This document shows positions 34,539-43,649 of a DNA stretch of 64,000 nucleotides, one piece after another. The notes under the pieces were generated by a model. It had not been told where the DNA came from. It worked only from the letters and a program-made list of their open reading frames with translations, and did no database searches. The DNA comes from an uncultured Acidimicrobiales bacterium (GTDB lineage: Bacteria; Actinomycetota; Acidimicrobiia; Acidimicrobiales; SZUA-35), in NCBI GenBank assembly GCA_937922785.1, contig CALAJQ010000006.1, positions 122,156 to 186,155 on the forward strand, read 5' to 3'. A program made the translations under genes and the position numbers. Positions within the stretch are counted from its first letter, which is position 1. Each line of letters opens with the position of its first letter.

Positions 34539-35623
34539 CAAAGCACCACTACCGAACGAAGAACTTCGCCGGCTTCCATCTTGTGGAAGGCCTCTTCGAC
34601 CGAATCGAGGTCGATCGTTTCGCTGACGAAGCCTTCTAGGTTCAGGCGGCCTTGCAGATAAAGGTCGATCAGCATCGGGAAGTCCCGGCTTGGCAGGCAG
34701 TCGCCGTACCAAGAGCTCTTAAGCGCCCCGCCTCGGCCAAACAGCTCGATGAATGGCAGCTCAATCTTGTGCGCCGGGTTGGGCACCCCGACTAGAACAA
34801 CGGTTCCAGCTAGGTCACGGGCGTAGAACGCCTGCTCGTAAGCGGCAGGAAGCCCGATTGCCTCGATAGCGACGTCAACGCCGTTGCCGCCAGTTAGCTC
34901 ACGAATTTTCTCCACAGCATCTTCCTTTGTGGAGTTGATGGTGTGGGTGGCTCCGAAGTTCTTTGCCCATTCAAGCTTCTTGTCGTCGATATCGACGGCA
35001 ATGATTGTGTGAGCGCCAGCAAGCCGGGCGCCTTCTAGAGCAGCATCACCAACGCCGCCGCAGCCGAACACCGCAACGCTGTCGCCACGGCCAACTTCGC
35101 CGGTGTTCATTGCGGCACCAAGGCCGGCCATCACACCGCATCCCAAAAGTCCGGCAACTTCGGGCTTGGCTTCAGGGTTGACCTTGGTGCACTGGCCTGA
35201 CGCAACCAATGTCTTTTCACAAAAGGCGCCAATTCCCAGTGCCGGAGAAAGCTCGGTACCGTCCAGCAAGGTCATCTTCTGGGTGGCGTTGTGGGTAGCG
35301 AAACAGTACTGCGGCTTGCCTCTTTGGCAGCTACGACACTGTCCACAAACGGCTCGCCAGTTGAGAATCACGTAGTCGCCAACGGCAACGTCGGTTACGT
35401 CGTCGCCAATACTCTCAACTATGCCCGCTGCTTCGTGGCCCAGAAGAAACGGGAACTCATCGTTAATGCCACCTTCGCGATAGTGAAGGTCGGTATGGCA
35501 AACGCCGCAAGCTTGAATCGCAACGACCGCTTCGCCCGGGCCCGGGTCGGGGATAACGATCGTCTCAACACTTACTGGTTCACCCTTGGCTTTGGCGATG
35601 ACGCCTCGAACTTCTTGTGGCAT
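34538..35623 (-). CDS. Zn-dependent class III alcohol dehydrogenase, an S-(hydroxymethyl)mycothiol/glutathione-type formaldehyde dehydrogenase (MscR/AdhC-like)
   Basis: [12 protein letters not shown], the structural-zinc Cys cluster [15 protein letters not shown], and GLGGVG-like NAD binding. The start is placed at MPQEVRG, with an AAGGGGA Shine-Dalgarno sequence 6 nt upstream. Confidence 0.8.
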   Translation of the reverse strand: MPQEVRGVIAKAKGEPVSVETIVIPDPGPGEAVVAIQACGVCHTDLHYREGGINDEFPFLLGHEAAGIVESIGDDVTDVAVGDYVILNWRAVCGQCRSCQRGKPQYCFATHNATQKMTLLDGTELSPALGIGAFCEKTLVASGQCTKVNPEAKPEVAGLLGCGVMAGLGAAMNTGEVGRGDSVAVFGCGGVGDAALEGARLAGAHTIIAVDIDDKKLEWAKNFGATHTINSTKEDAVEKIRELTGGNGVDVAIEAIGLPAAYEQAFYARDLAGTVVLVGVPNPAHKIELPFIELFGRGGALKSSWYGDCLPSRDFPMLIDLYLQGRLNLEGFVSETIDLDSVEEAFHKMEAGEVLRSVVVL

Positions 35624-35920
35624 GAATTTCCCCTTGAATAGTGCGGTTTGCCTCTTGACTGGCTGCCTTGAGACTAGGCAGAAATGGGAAGGTTCACAAT
35701 TGGGACCCGTAGGCCGATAGGCCCACATGCGTTGTGAAACCCGCTTGCCGAAAAAGCTCTATCTGGATTTGGCCGCGCTCGAGGAGCCAGAAGGCTTCTG
35801 GGCCCACCTTTATCGAGTGTTGGTTCAACAACCAAGGCCCATTCGCGTGTACTCGCCGACACCAGATCCGAACAACGGAGCCTGGTAGTTAGGTAAGCCT
35901 GGTCGTTAGGTAAGCCTCGC

Positions 35921-37021
35921 CTAGAGGGCGGTGAACTCGATGCGTCGGTTCTGGGTTCTGCCTTCTGGTGTGGCGTTGTCGCCGACAGGCTGATCAGGCC
36001 CATAGCCAACCGCAGTCAGGTCTGACTCAACTCCGCCTGCAACCAGTGCGTCAAGCACAGCTTGGGCTCGCCGTTGGCTGAGATCCTGGTTAAAGGCCGG
36101 GTCGCCGGTGGAATCGGTGTGGCCACCAATTTCGACTGAGGCGTCTGGGAACAACTTGAGGATCTCAACTGCACGATCGATGGTCGGCTGCGATGCAGCG
36201 TCGATGTCAGCGGTGCCCGTCTGGAACAAAATCGGCTCGAGCTGGACAAGTTCATTCAGCGATGCGTCAACCTCGGCGTCGAGTTTGACTGTTCCGGTGT
36301 AAGAGCCCTCAAGCCCGCCGCCAGCTGATGCGGCAGCGTCTAAGGCACCCGTGAGGGTTCCGTACTTGGTGGCGTCAGTCAAAGAGCCGGTACTAACAAC
36401 TGAGTAGTTAGTTGCATCGTCGAGCACGGTCAGTTCGTCGGTTATCTGATCGGCAGAGTAGGACTCGGCTGCGGCGGCACGAATGCTTGCTGCCATTTCC
36501 TCGCTCGGGACGGTTCCCGTGAGCACGATCGCATCGTCAGAAACGTCGATGGTTGCTTCGGCTGTCACGTCCTCGGCCTCAGGAATGAACATTTCGTCGA
36601 TGACTTCGGAAACATTTGGCTGCTGTTGGATGAATCCGATGATTCCAGCGCGGGTTGCTTCGTCAGCGACCGGGCCTCGGACTGTCACCGTGTTGCCCGA
36701 AGCTGAGAGCTGGACTGGTGGGAACCCGTCGGCTGCTAGGTCAGATGAGATTTGGAAGCCATCGGCATCGAGCGACGCTGCCTCTTCGTTGTTGTCATCG
36801 TCGCTGTGATCGTCGTCCTCGACGTCGGCGCTAGCCACCGTTGCTGGCTCTGGGTTGTAGCCGATGATTCCGGCCGAAACGAAAAAGGCCACCAAAATGG
36901 CCGCCAAGATTCCGGCGCCGGCCATGCCGCCGAATGCGACGTCTCCGTCATCGGCGAGGGCAACGCCGCCGCCAGTTACGGCCCCGCGTCGCTTTGGTTC
37001 GTCTTTAGTGCTGTCAGCCAT
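35921..37021 (-). CDS. OmpA/MotB-domain membrane protein
   Basis: N-terminal TM, an acidic region, and the C-terminal OmpA-like peptidoglycan-binding motif (GHTDSTGDPAFNQDLSQRRAQAV...NRRIEF). Confidence 0.75.
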   Translation of the reverse strand: MADSTKDEPKRRGAVTGGGVALADDGDVAFGGMAGAGILAAILVAFFVSAGIIGYNPEPATVASADVEDDDHSDDDNNEEAASLDADGFQISSDLAADGFPPVQLSASGNTVTVRGPVADEATRAGIIGFIQQQPNVSEVIDEMFIPEAEDVTAEATIDVSDDAIVLTGTVPSEEMAASIRAAAAESYSADQITDELTVLDDATNYSVVSTGSLTDATKYGTLTGALDAAASAGGGLEGSYTGTVKLDAEVDASLNELVQLEPILFQTGTADIDAASQPTIDRAVEILKLFPDASVEIGGHTDSTGDPAFNQDLSQRRAQAVLDALVAGGVESDLTAVGYGPDQPVGDNATPEGRTQNRRIEFTAL

Positions 37022-37101
37022 TAGCTAATACTCCCGGAAACTTTTCTCCCGGCAGTGTAGTTAACAACCCCGCCAAAGCGTGCTAACTGCGAACAGCTGA
37101 T

Positions 37102-37515
37102 TTACAGGACGAATGCGGCGCTGGGAATCCAGCTCAGCAGTCCTGCGAATGGATCCTCGGGTGCGATCTTGGCTGCGTACTCTGGGACCTCTTCAACCGT
37201 CTCACCTAGCGGATAGAACGGCTCGAACTTTACGACAACTCGGGGTGTTTGCAGATGCAGTCGACCATTCCGGCGGCGCATCACGGTGACTTCGTCAAAT
37301 GACGCTTCCAGCACCCGGCGACCACTCCACGCAATGAATCGTAGGGTCGCGCCGTCATGGCTGAGAACGCCGTCCAGCACAACGAGTTGGCCGTCTCTGT
37401 TGTATTCGGCGTCAGCGGCTACAGCCCAAATAGTCCTCGGAGGGAGGGATTCAATCGTGTCAGTTGCACGATCATGGTGATGGCCGACCTCGGCCAGGCG
37501 GTCAAAGACACGCAT
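37102..37515 (-). CDS. Hypothetical protein of 137 aa
   Basis: An ORF with a coding-like composition and no recognisable motif. Confidence 0.35.
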   Translation of the reverse strand: MRVFDRLAEVGHHHDRATDTIESLPPRTIWAVAADAEYNRDGQLVVLDGVLSHDGATLRFIAWSGRRVLEASFDEVTVMRRRNGRLHLQTPRVVVKFEPFYPLGETVEEVPEYAAKIAPEDPFAGLLSWIPSAAFVL

Positions 37516-37578
37516 AACCTCCTATCGGAAATGAAGACCGATATATGAGGCGGTCCACATTTCGCCTATGTTTCAACA

Positions 37579-39180
37579 ATGAAGCCACACGCCGTCGCTA
37601 CCTGGTCTCAACTAGAAGATCGGACCCCGACATATGCCCTGGTCAGCAACGTTGACCTAGTCATTGTCCGCAACGGAGACTCTCATTCGGTGCTCTATGG
37701 GCGTTGTTTGCATCGTGGTGCTCTTATGAGTGATGGAACAGTTCAAGGCGAGGACTTGATCTGTGGTGTCCATGGCTGGGACTACAGAATCGATTCTGGG
37801 GTGTCTGCTTACAACAACTCTGAGGCCCTACCTGTCTTCAAGTCTTGGGTGTCTGACGACGAACTCATGGTTGATGCGGACGAAATTGCCGAATGGGAGC
37901 ACGACAACCCCCAGCCCTATGACCGTGACGCATACCTCGGCCTCTACGCCGACACTCATGGAACTCCAGCGGAGCCCTGGGTAGGCGACATCCAGTCCAT
38001 TGCAAAGAACGGATTGGGAGGAGATCACGGCAAGACCACCGCGATGGGGATCCCGCCGGTTGATCTGCCGCTTTGGGACTCACTTCAATTTGTCACCGCC
38101 CAACTCGCAACTAGGCCGCTGATCGATGAAGCCGTCTCAACTTCGGTTCAGATTGGCCCCAAGGCCGCAAAGCCCTTGATGTTGGACATTCCAATATTTG
38201 TGTCCGACATGAGTTTCGGGGCGCTAAGCGAGGAGGCCAAAGTTGCCCTGGCCAGAGGTGCTCAGCGAGCGGGAACAGGCATCTGTTCGGGTGAGGGCGG
38301 AATGTTAGAAGAGGAGCACGTCGAGAACTCCCGGTACTTCTATGAGCTTGCCAGTGGTCGGTTTGGGTGGTCTCTAGACAAGGTCAAAGACGTTCAGGCC
38401 TTCCACTTCAAGTTTGGTCAGGGTGCTAAGACCGGCACTGGCGGCCACCTTCCAGGCAAGAAGGTGCAAGGCAAGATCGCCGAAGTTCGAGATCTTGAAC
38501 CAGGCACCGACGCTATTTCACCGGCCACGTTCCCAGACTTGGTCACCATTGCCGACTACCAGGAAGTAGCGGCCCAAGTTCGCGACGCCTCAGGAGGTAT
38601 CCCCATTGGGGCCAAGCTGTCGGCACAACACATCGAAGCGGACCTTGCCGCAGCCATCGAGATCGGTGTGGATTATGTGATTTTGGATGGTCGCGGCGGC
38701 GGAACTGGCGCAGCCCCGGTGATCTTCAAGAACAACATTTCAGTGCCGACCATTCCTGCCTTGGCCCGAGCTCGCCGCTACCTCGACTCGGTTGGCGCCG
38801 ACCATGTTTCGTTAGTCATAACGGGCGGACTTCGCACGGCTGCTGACTTCTCGAAGGCTCTGGCCCTCGGTGCTGACGCCATTGCGGTGTCGAACTCTGC
38901 GATGCAGGCCATTGGCTGTTTGGGTATGCGGGCTTGTCACACCGACAACTGCCCAGTGGGAATTGCGACCCAGCGCAAGGACCTTCGGTCACGACTAATT
39001 GTGGAGGAATCCGCGCAGCAACTTACACAGTTCTTCCAGTCCTCGGTGCACTTGATGCAGACACTGGCCCGGGCACTAGGCCATCACGATCTGTCGGACT
39101 TCAACGTGAATGACCTAACAACCTATGACCGTGAAATGGCCCACCTTTCGGGTGTCGCCTACGGCGGAGTTAGCCTGTAG
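37579..39180 (+). CDS. Rieske [2Fe-2S] domain fused to a glutamate-synthase-type FMN-binding (GltS central domain-like) domain
   Basis: The Rieske ligands are CLHRG...CGVHGW. The C-terminal region of about 400 aa resembles the glutamate synthase FMN domain (DGRGGGTGAAP, GLRTAADFSKALALGADAI). Confidence 0.7.
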   Translation: MKPHAVATWSQLEDRTPTYALVSNVDLVIVRNGDSHSVLYGRCLHRGALMSDGTVQGEDLICGVHGWDYRIDSGVSAYNNSEALPVFKSWVSDDELMVDADEIAEWEHDNPQPYDRDAYLGLYADTHGTPAEPWVGDIQSIAKNGLGGDHGKTTAMGIPPVDLPLWDSLQFVTAQLATRPLIDEAVSTSVQIGPKAAKPLMLDIPIFVSDMSFGALSEEAKVALARGAQRAGTGICSGEGGMLEEEHVENSRYFYELASGRFGWSLDKVKDVQAFHFKFGQGAKTGTGGHLPGKKVQGKIAEVRDLEPGTDAISPATFPDLVTIADYQEVAAQVRDASGGIPIGAKLSAQHIEADLAAAIEIGVDYVILDGRGGGTGAAPVIFKNNISVPTIPALARARRYLDSVGADHVSLVITGGLRTAADFSKALALGADAIAVSNSAMQAIGCLGMRACHTDNCPVGIATQRKDLRSRLIVEESAQQLTQFFQSSVHLMQTLARALGHHDLSDFNVNDLTTYDREMAHLSGVAYGGVSL

Positions 39181-39194
39181 CAGCCTCATTGGAA

Positions 39195-39228
39195 CAACCA
39201 AGTTGCGTAATGGGACGCAACTTGGTTG
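39195..39228 (+). terminator. 13-bp perfect-stem hairpin downstream of the Rieske-GltS gene and upstream of the ilv leader
   Basis: CAACCAAGTTGCG-taatggga-CGCAACTTGGTTG. Confidence 0.5.
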
Positions 39229-39238
39229 ACTGATTCCG

Positions 39239-39280
39239 ATGTACACGCCCGCTGACAACATTCTCGTGGTAGTTACGTAG
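39239..39280 (+). CDS. Putative ilvBN leader peptide MYTPADNILVVVT
   Basis: A 13-codon ORF ending in a run of Ile-Leu-Val-Val-Val codons. It is followed by a stem-loop and a GC-stem plus U-tract terminator 18 nt before the ilvB Shine-Dalgarno and ATG. Confidence 0.6.
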   Translation: MYTPADNILVVVT

Positions 39281-39309
39281 CGCACGCTGCGAGTTATCAG
39301 CGTGCGCCG

Positions 39310-39341
39310 AAGCCTCCCACCCGGGGGGCTTTCTTGATTTT
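39310..39341 (+). terminator. Attenuator terminator upstream of ilvB
   Basis: AAGCCUCCC-accc-GGGGGGCUU, a 9-bp GC-rich stem containing one G-U pair, followed by UCUUGAUUUU. Confidence 0.6.
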
Positions 39342-39358
39342 GGAAGGCAATTTCTCTA

Positions 39359-41119
39359 ATGAGACTGAACGGGGCCCAAGCCCTAATAAAGAGCCTCGAA
39401 CTCGAAGGGGTCGAGATCATTTTCGGTTATCCGGGCGGAGCAATCCTGCCGGTGTATGACCCGATTATCGATTCTTCGATCCGCCACATTCTTGTGCGTC
39501 ATGAGCAGGGCGCTGGTCACATGGCCGAAGGTTACGCTCACGCAACTGGCCGTCCCGGCGTGTGCATGGTGACTTCTGGCCCTGCTGCAACCAACGTCGT
39601 GACCGCCTTAGCGGACGCAATGTTGGACTCGGTGCCAATGGTTTGCATCACTGGGCAAGTCGCCTTTGCCGCAATTGGCACTGATGCTTTCCAAGAGTGC
39701 GACACCACCGGAATCACTCGCTCGATTACTAAGCACAACATCTTGGTCACCAAGGCCTCCGATATTCCAATGGCGGTTAAGGAAGCGTTCCACATCGCCA
39801 CCACGGGTCGGCCCGGCCCAGTGCTCATCGACGTGCCAAAGAACATCGTCGATGCCGGCAACCCTGACGCCTACTTCGAGTTTGAATATCCGACCGAGGT
39901 CGATCTGCCCGGCTACAAGCCCGAAATCGAGCCCGATCAAGTTCAGATCGCCGAAGCTATCAAGCTAATGCTCGAAGCCGAACGCCCGGTCCTATATGTG
40001 GGAGGCGGCGTGCTGAAGGCAAGAGGGTCTGCGGCTCTGGTTGAACTTGCCGAACTAACCGCCATCCCAGTGGTCACAACCCTGATGGCCCGAGGAGCCT
40101 TCCCCGACAGCCACGAGCTTTGCCTGGGCATGCCAGGCATGCACGGCAACTACACCGCCATCACCGCAATCCAGCGTTCAGACCTTCTAATCGCCATGGG
40201 TAGCCGCTTTGATGACAGGGTTACAGGCCGGGTCAAGGATTTTGCACCCGATGCCAAGGTGATCCACGTAGACATCGACCCGGCCGAACATGGCAAAGTG
40301 CGAGTTCCCGAGGTGCCAATTGCCGCAGACTCACGCCTAGCAATGGAAGCAATGATTGCTGAGCTGAAGGCCAACGGTGCGCCCGCAGCCTTCAAGGACC
40401 GATCAGCATGGCGGCAGCAGATTTCAGGCTGGCAAGAGAAGTATCCACTTACTTACGAACAGTCAACCGATGGTGAACTGCTTAAGCCTCAGTACGTGAT
40501 TGAGCAGCTTTCGGCCTTGAACCCTCCAGACACCATCGTTGCCTCGGGCGTTGGCCAGCACCAAATGTTCGGTTCCCAGTATTGGAAGTTCGACCACCCC
40601 TACACCTGGATCAACTCCGGTGGTTTAGGCACCATGGGTTTCTCAATTCCTGCGGCCATCGGTGCCAAGGCGGGAATGCCAGATCGCACTGTTTGGGCCA
40701 TCGACGGGGACGGCTGTTTCCAGATGACTGCTCAAGAGCTAATCACTGCAGCAGTTGACAAGATTCCGGTGAAGATCGCCCTGTTGAACAACTCGTTCCT
40801 GGGCATGGTTCAGCAGTGGCAGGACATGTTCTACGAAGGTCGCCGCTCCGAAGTCCAAATGTCATATGACCTTCCTGACTATGTGAAATGGTCAGAAGCA
40901 ATGGGTTGCGCGTCTCGCAGAGTCGAAGACCCCAACGAAGTCGAAGCCGCAATCGAGTGGGCAAACTCGATTAATGATCGACCAGTTGTTCTCGAGTTTC
41001 GCTGCGTTGACTCAGAACGAGTTTTCCCAATGGTCGCCGCTGGCGGCTCTAACGACGAGGTCTATGTTGACCCGTCGCAACAATCGACGCTTGATGCAGA
41101 ACGAGAGGCAGCAAAGTGA
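39359..41119 (+). CDS. ilvB: Acetolactate synthase large subunit
   Basis: 586 aa ThDP enzyme. The GDG....NN ThDP motif appears as IDGDGCFQM...LLNNSFLGMV. A GGAAGG Shine-Dalgarno sequence is present. Confidence 0.95.
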   Translation: MRLNGAQALIKSLELEGVEIIFGYPGGAILPVYDPIIDSSIRHILVRHEQGAGHMAEGYAHATGRPGVCMVTSGPAATNVVTALADAMLDSVPMVCITGQVAFAAIGTDAFQECDTTGITRSITKHNILVTKASDIPMAVKEAFHIATTGRPGPVLIDVPKNIVDAGNPDAYFEFEYPTEVDLPGYKPEIEPDQVQIAEAIKLMLEAERPVLYVGGGVLKARGSAALVELAELTAIPVVTTLMARGAFPDSHELCLGMPGMHGNYTAITAIQRSDLLIAMGSRFDDRVTGRVKDFAPDAKVIHVDIDPAEHGKVRVPEVPIAADSRLAMEAMIAELKANGAPAAFKDRSAWRQQISGWQEKYPLTYEQSTDGELLKPQYVIEQLSALNPPDTIVASGVGQHQMFGSQYWKFDHPYTWINSGGLGTMGFSIPAAIGAKAGMPDRTVWAIDGDGCFQMTAQELITAAVDKIPVKIALLNNSFLGMVQQWQDMFYEGRRSEVQMSYDLPDYVKWSEAMGCASRRVEDPNEVEAAIEWANSINDRPVVLEFRCVDSERVFPMVAAGGSNDEVYVDPSQQSTLDAEREAAK

Positions 41120-41667
41120 GGACCGAACAAGAAACAACCAGTGCTGCTGTCGCCGAAGTGTCCCGTCACACTTTGTCAGTTCTTGTAGAAAACAAGTCTG
41201 GCGTTCTCGCTCGGGTAGCGGATTTGTTCGCTCGCCGCGGGTACAACATCTTGTCGCTGGCGGTGGCCCCAACAGCTGATGATCGCTTCAGTCGAATCAC
41301 GATCGTTGTGATTGCCGAGCAGGCGGTCCTTAGTCAGATCGTCAAGCAGCTCTTCAAGCTAATCAATGTTGTGAAGATCGCAGAACTGAGTCCGGGCAAC
41401 TCGGTAGAACGAGAGTTGATGCTGGCGACTGTTCGGGCGACCGAGCAAACACGGCCAGAAATCATGGACATCGTCGGTGACTACACCGCCGTAGTTCTGG
41501 CCGAAGGGGACAATCAGATCACTATCAGCGTGGGCGGCGCAACGGCTGAGATTGACCAGCTTGAAGAAGCGTTGAGGGTTCATGGTTTGGTTGAGATCCA
41601 GAGAACCGGACAAATTGCCTTACCCAAGATCGGCGCTGAGGTGCCGATTTTGCGGGCCAGTAAGTAG
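41116..41667 (+). CDS. ilvN: Acetolactate synthase small (regulatory, ACT-domain) subunit
   Basis: 4-bp overlap with ilvB. The ACT domain '...HTLSVLVENKSGVLARVADLFARRGYNI'. 183 aa. Confidence 0.9.
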   Translation: MRTEQETTSAAVAEVSRHTLSVLVENKSGVLARVADLFARRGYNILSLAVAPTADDRFSRITIVVIAEQAVLSQIVKQLFKLINVVKIAELSPGNSVERELMLATVRATEQTRPEIMDIVGDYTAVVLAEGDNQITISVGGATAEIDQLEEALRVHGLVEIQRTGQIALPKIGAEVPILRASK

Positions 41668-41726
41668 CCAATACCTCCAGCAACCGGGGCCATCTCTGCT
41701 TCTGACGGTTCTCCTACGTTCTGGCT

Positions 41727-41756
41727 GTGCCCGGGCCCGTATCCGGGCCTGAGCGC
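41727..41756. repeat. Short GC-rich palindromic element, family B copy 1, downstream of the ilvN stop
   Basis: GTGCCCGGGCCCGTATCCGGGCCTGAGCGC, which shares an 18-nt core CCGGGCCCGTATCCGGGC with the copy at 50635-50664. Confidence 0.7.
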
Positions 41757-41807
41757 CGCCAATTCGGAAAATCGGTGGCGTGTTGTTGCTGAGTCGGCAA
41801 CGATGGC

Positions 41808-42758
41808 GTGGTGCTACACGCTTCTGGATTGACAAAAAGCTATGGCGACGTGCAAGCCCTTAGCGGTGCTGAATTAGAGGTCGAGGAAGGGTCGATCGTT
41901 GCGCTGTTGGGTAAAAACGGCGCAGGTAAGACCACGTTGCTATCCATCATCTCCGGATTGCTAAGGCCAGACTCGGGCTCGGTTCGAGTTGGCGGAATCG
42001 ATGCGTTGGCTAACGCTGACGCCGCGGCCAAGTTGATTGGTATCGCGCCGCAAGACACTGGTATTTATCCGACGTTGTCGGTGCAACAGAACCTGGAATT
42101 CTTCGGCGAGTTGGCCGGGATGAAGAAGCAGTTTCGGATCACGCGGGTGCAAGAAGTGGCCGAGCAACTAGGTCTAACTGACCTGTTGGCTAGGCGTGCC
42201 AGCAATCTCTCCGGCGGGGAGAAGCGTCGTCTGCACACAGGTTGTGCGTTGGTGCACGCTCCAAGGCTACTCCTGCTCGACGAACCCACAGTTGGTGCCG
42301 ACGTGACCACAAGAGCCCAACTGATCGACTCGGTGAAGGGTCTAGCTGCCCAGGGCGCCGCCGTTGTTTACACAACCCACTACATGCCTGAGGTCATCGA
42401 GCTTGGGGCCGATATTGCAATCATCGACGACGGAGTCTTGTTGGCCCGAGGAAGCCGGGCAGACTTGGTCGCCTCCCACAGCGTGCATGGTCTCCGTTTC
42501 GCAACTTCTGCACCGATGACACCCGCCGCGCTTGATGCGATCGGCGCGGAGGCTGACACCGACGGTTATCGGGTGGACGGAGAAATTAGCGTGGGCGAAT
42601 TAGTGGCCAAACTTGGCAAAGACGCAGCGCTGATCACTTCGATTGAGAGTCTGCAGCCGTCGCTTGAGACGGTGTTCCTAAAAATTACCGGTTCCAGTCT
42701 GGACGAAGAAGACGCAGCACCCGAACCGGATCCAAACAACGAAAGGGTGAGTACATGA
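41808..42758 (+). CDS. ABC transporter ATP-binding protein
   Basis: Walker A GKNGAGKTT, signature LSGGEKRRL, Walker B LLLLDEP. Confidence 0.9.
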   Translation: MVLHASGLTKSYGDVQALSGAELEVEEGSIVALLGKNGAGKTTLLSIISGLLRPDSGSVRVGGIDALANADAAAKLIGIAPQDTGIYPTLSVQQNLEFFGELAGMKKQFRITRVQEVAEQLGLTDLLARRASNLSGGEKRRLHTGCALVHAPRLLLLDEPTVGADVTTRAQLIDSVKGLAAQGAAVVYTTHYMPEVIELGADIAIIDDGVLLARGSRADLVASHSVHGLRFATSAPMTPAALDAIGAEADTDGYRVDGEISVGELVAKLGKDAALITSIESLQPSLETVFLKITGSSLDEEDAAPEPDPNNERVST

Positions 42759-43522
42759 CCGCAGCGTGGGCGGTTACAAAGGTCCAATTCCGGATTCTGA
42801 AGTCGGACCCGTGGTTCCTGGTAATCATGTTCTTGATGCCATTGGCGATTATGCCGCTATTTCTCAAGACAATGGGGCTTGCATTGAACTCGAGTGGTTA
42901 CGCCGAAGCCAACGGAGCCGAGCAAGTTGTACCTGGCCAGGCGGTTGTGTTCGGTTTCTTTGTGGCTGGGTCGATGGGCTTCAGCGTGTTCAGAGAACAC
43001 GGCTGGCATACATGGAACCGCCTGCGAGCCTCTGCGGCTGGTCCGAAGGCGCTGTTGCTTGGGTTTGCAGCCCCTTGGATTCTGATTCACATCGGCTATC
43101 AAGCTTTGCTGATAGTGGTGGGGTCGCTGTTCACAGACCTGAACTTGGGGGTCGGCGACGCAGTCGACCTGCTCGTACTGGCCGGTTATTCGTTTGCGGT
43201 CATCATGATTGTGATGTTTGCGGTGTCAACGCTAAGCAGCGTTCATCAGGTCTCCGCAGTGGTGAATCTTGGGGCGATGGTGTTGGGTGGCCTTGGGGGA
43301 GCGTTGGTGCCTCTTGACCAACTGCCGAGTTGGGCTCAAAGCGTCGCACCTTTCACTCCCACTTATTGGGCGATGGAGGGCCACAACGCGATCTTCCTAG
43401 ACGAGGCCGGGTTTAGCGGGGTGATGCGGCCCGTGTTGACTTTGCTGGCAATTGGCGTTGTATTCGGAGCGCTGGCCATCAATCGTTTCCGAAGCGATGA
43501 CGTGAAGAACTTCTTCGCTTAG
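42755..43522 (+). CDS. ABC-2 family transporter permease
   Basis: 4-bp overlap with the ATPase gene. Six predicted TM helices. 255 aa. Confidence 0.7.
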   Translation: MTAAWAVTKVQFRILKSDPWFLVIMFLMPLAIMPLFLKTMGLALNSSGYAEANGAEQVVPGQAVVFGFFVAGSMGFSVFREHGWHTWNRLRASAAGPKALLLGFAAPWILIHIGYQALLIVVGSLFTDLNLGVGDAVDLLVLAGYSFAVIMIVMFAVSTLSSVHQVSAVVNLGAMVLGGLGGALVPLDQLPSWAQSVAPFTPTYWAMEGHNAIFLDEAGFSGVMRPVLTLLAIGVVFGALAINRFRSDDVKNFFA

Positions 43523-43649
43523 AACCCACTGTTGCATGCACGATTTGGTGGACGTGACTCGCTGCCGGACTCAGCCAGGCTGCTGATCATTCCAATTTCA
43601 TACTTTCAGCCAATACCCAGCCGGTACCAAACTTCCTAATCTGGCAGTT

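Noticed and set aside
33918-34712. The longer 264-aa version of the MBL-hydrolase ORF, with an Arg/Pro-rich N-terminal extension.
   Set aside because: The extension overlaps the upstream ADH gene and is non-protein-like. The start MRLDRV, with TGATG coupling to the ADH stop, is more plausible.
43600-43635. An 11-nt partial match (TACCCAGCCGG) to the reverse complement of repeat family A, upstream of the histidine kinase gene.
   Set aside because: It is too short and lacks the hairpin arms, so it is probably chance in GC-rich DNA.
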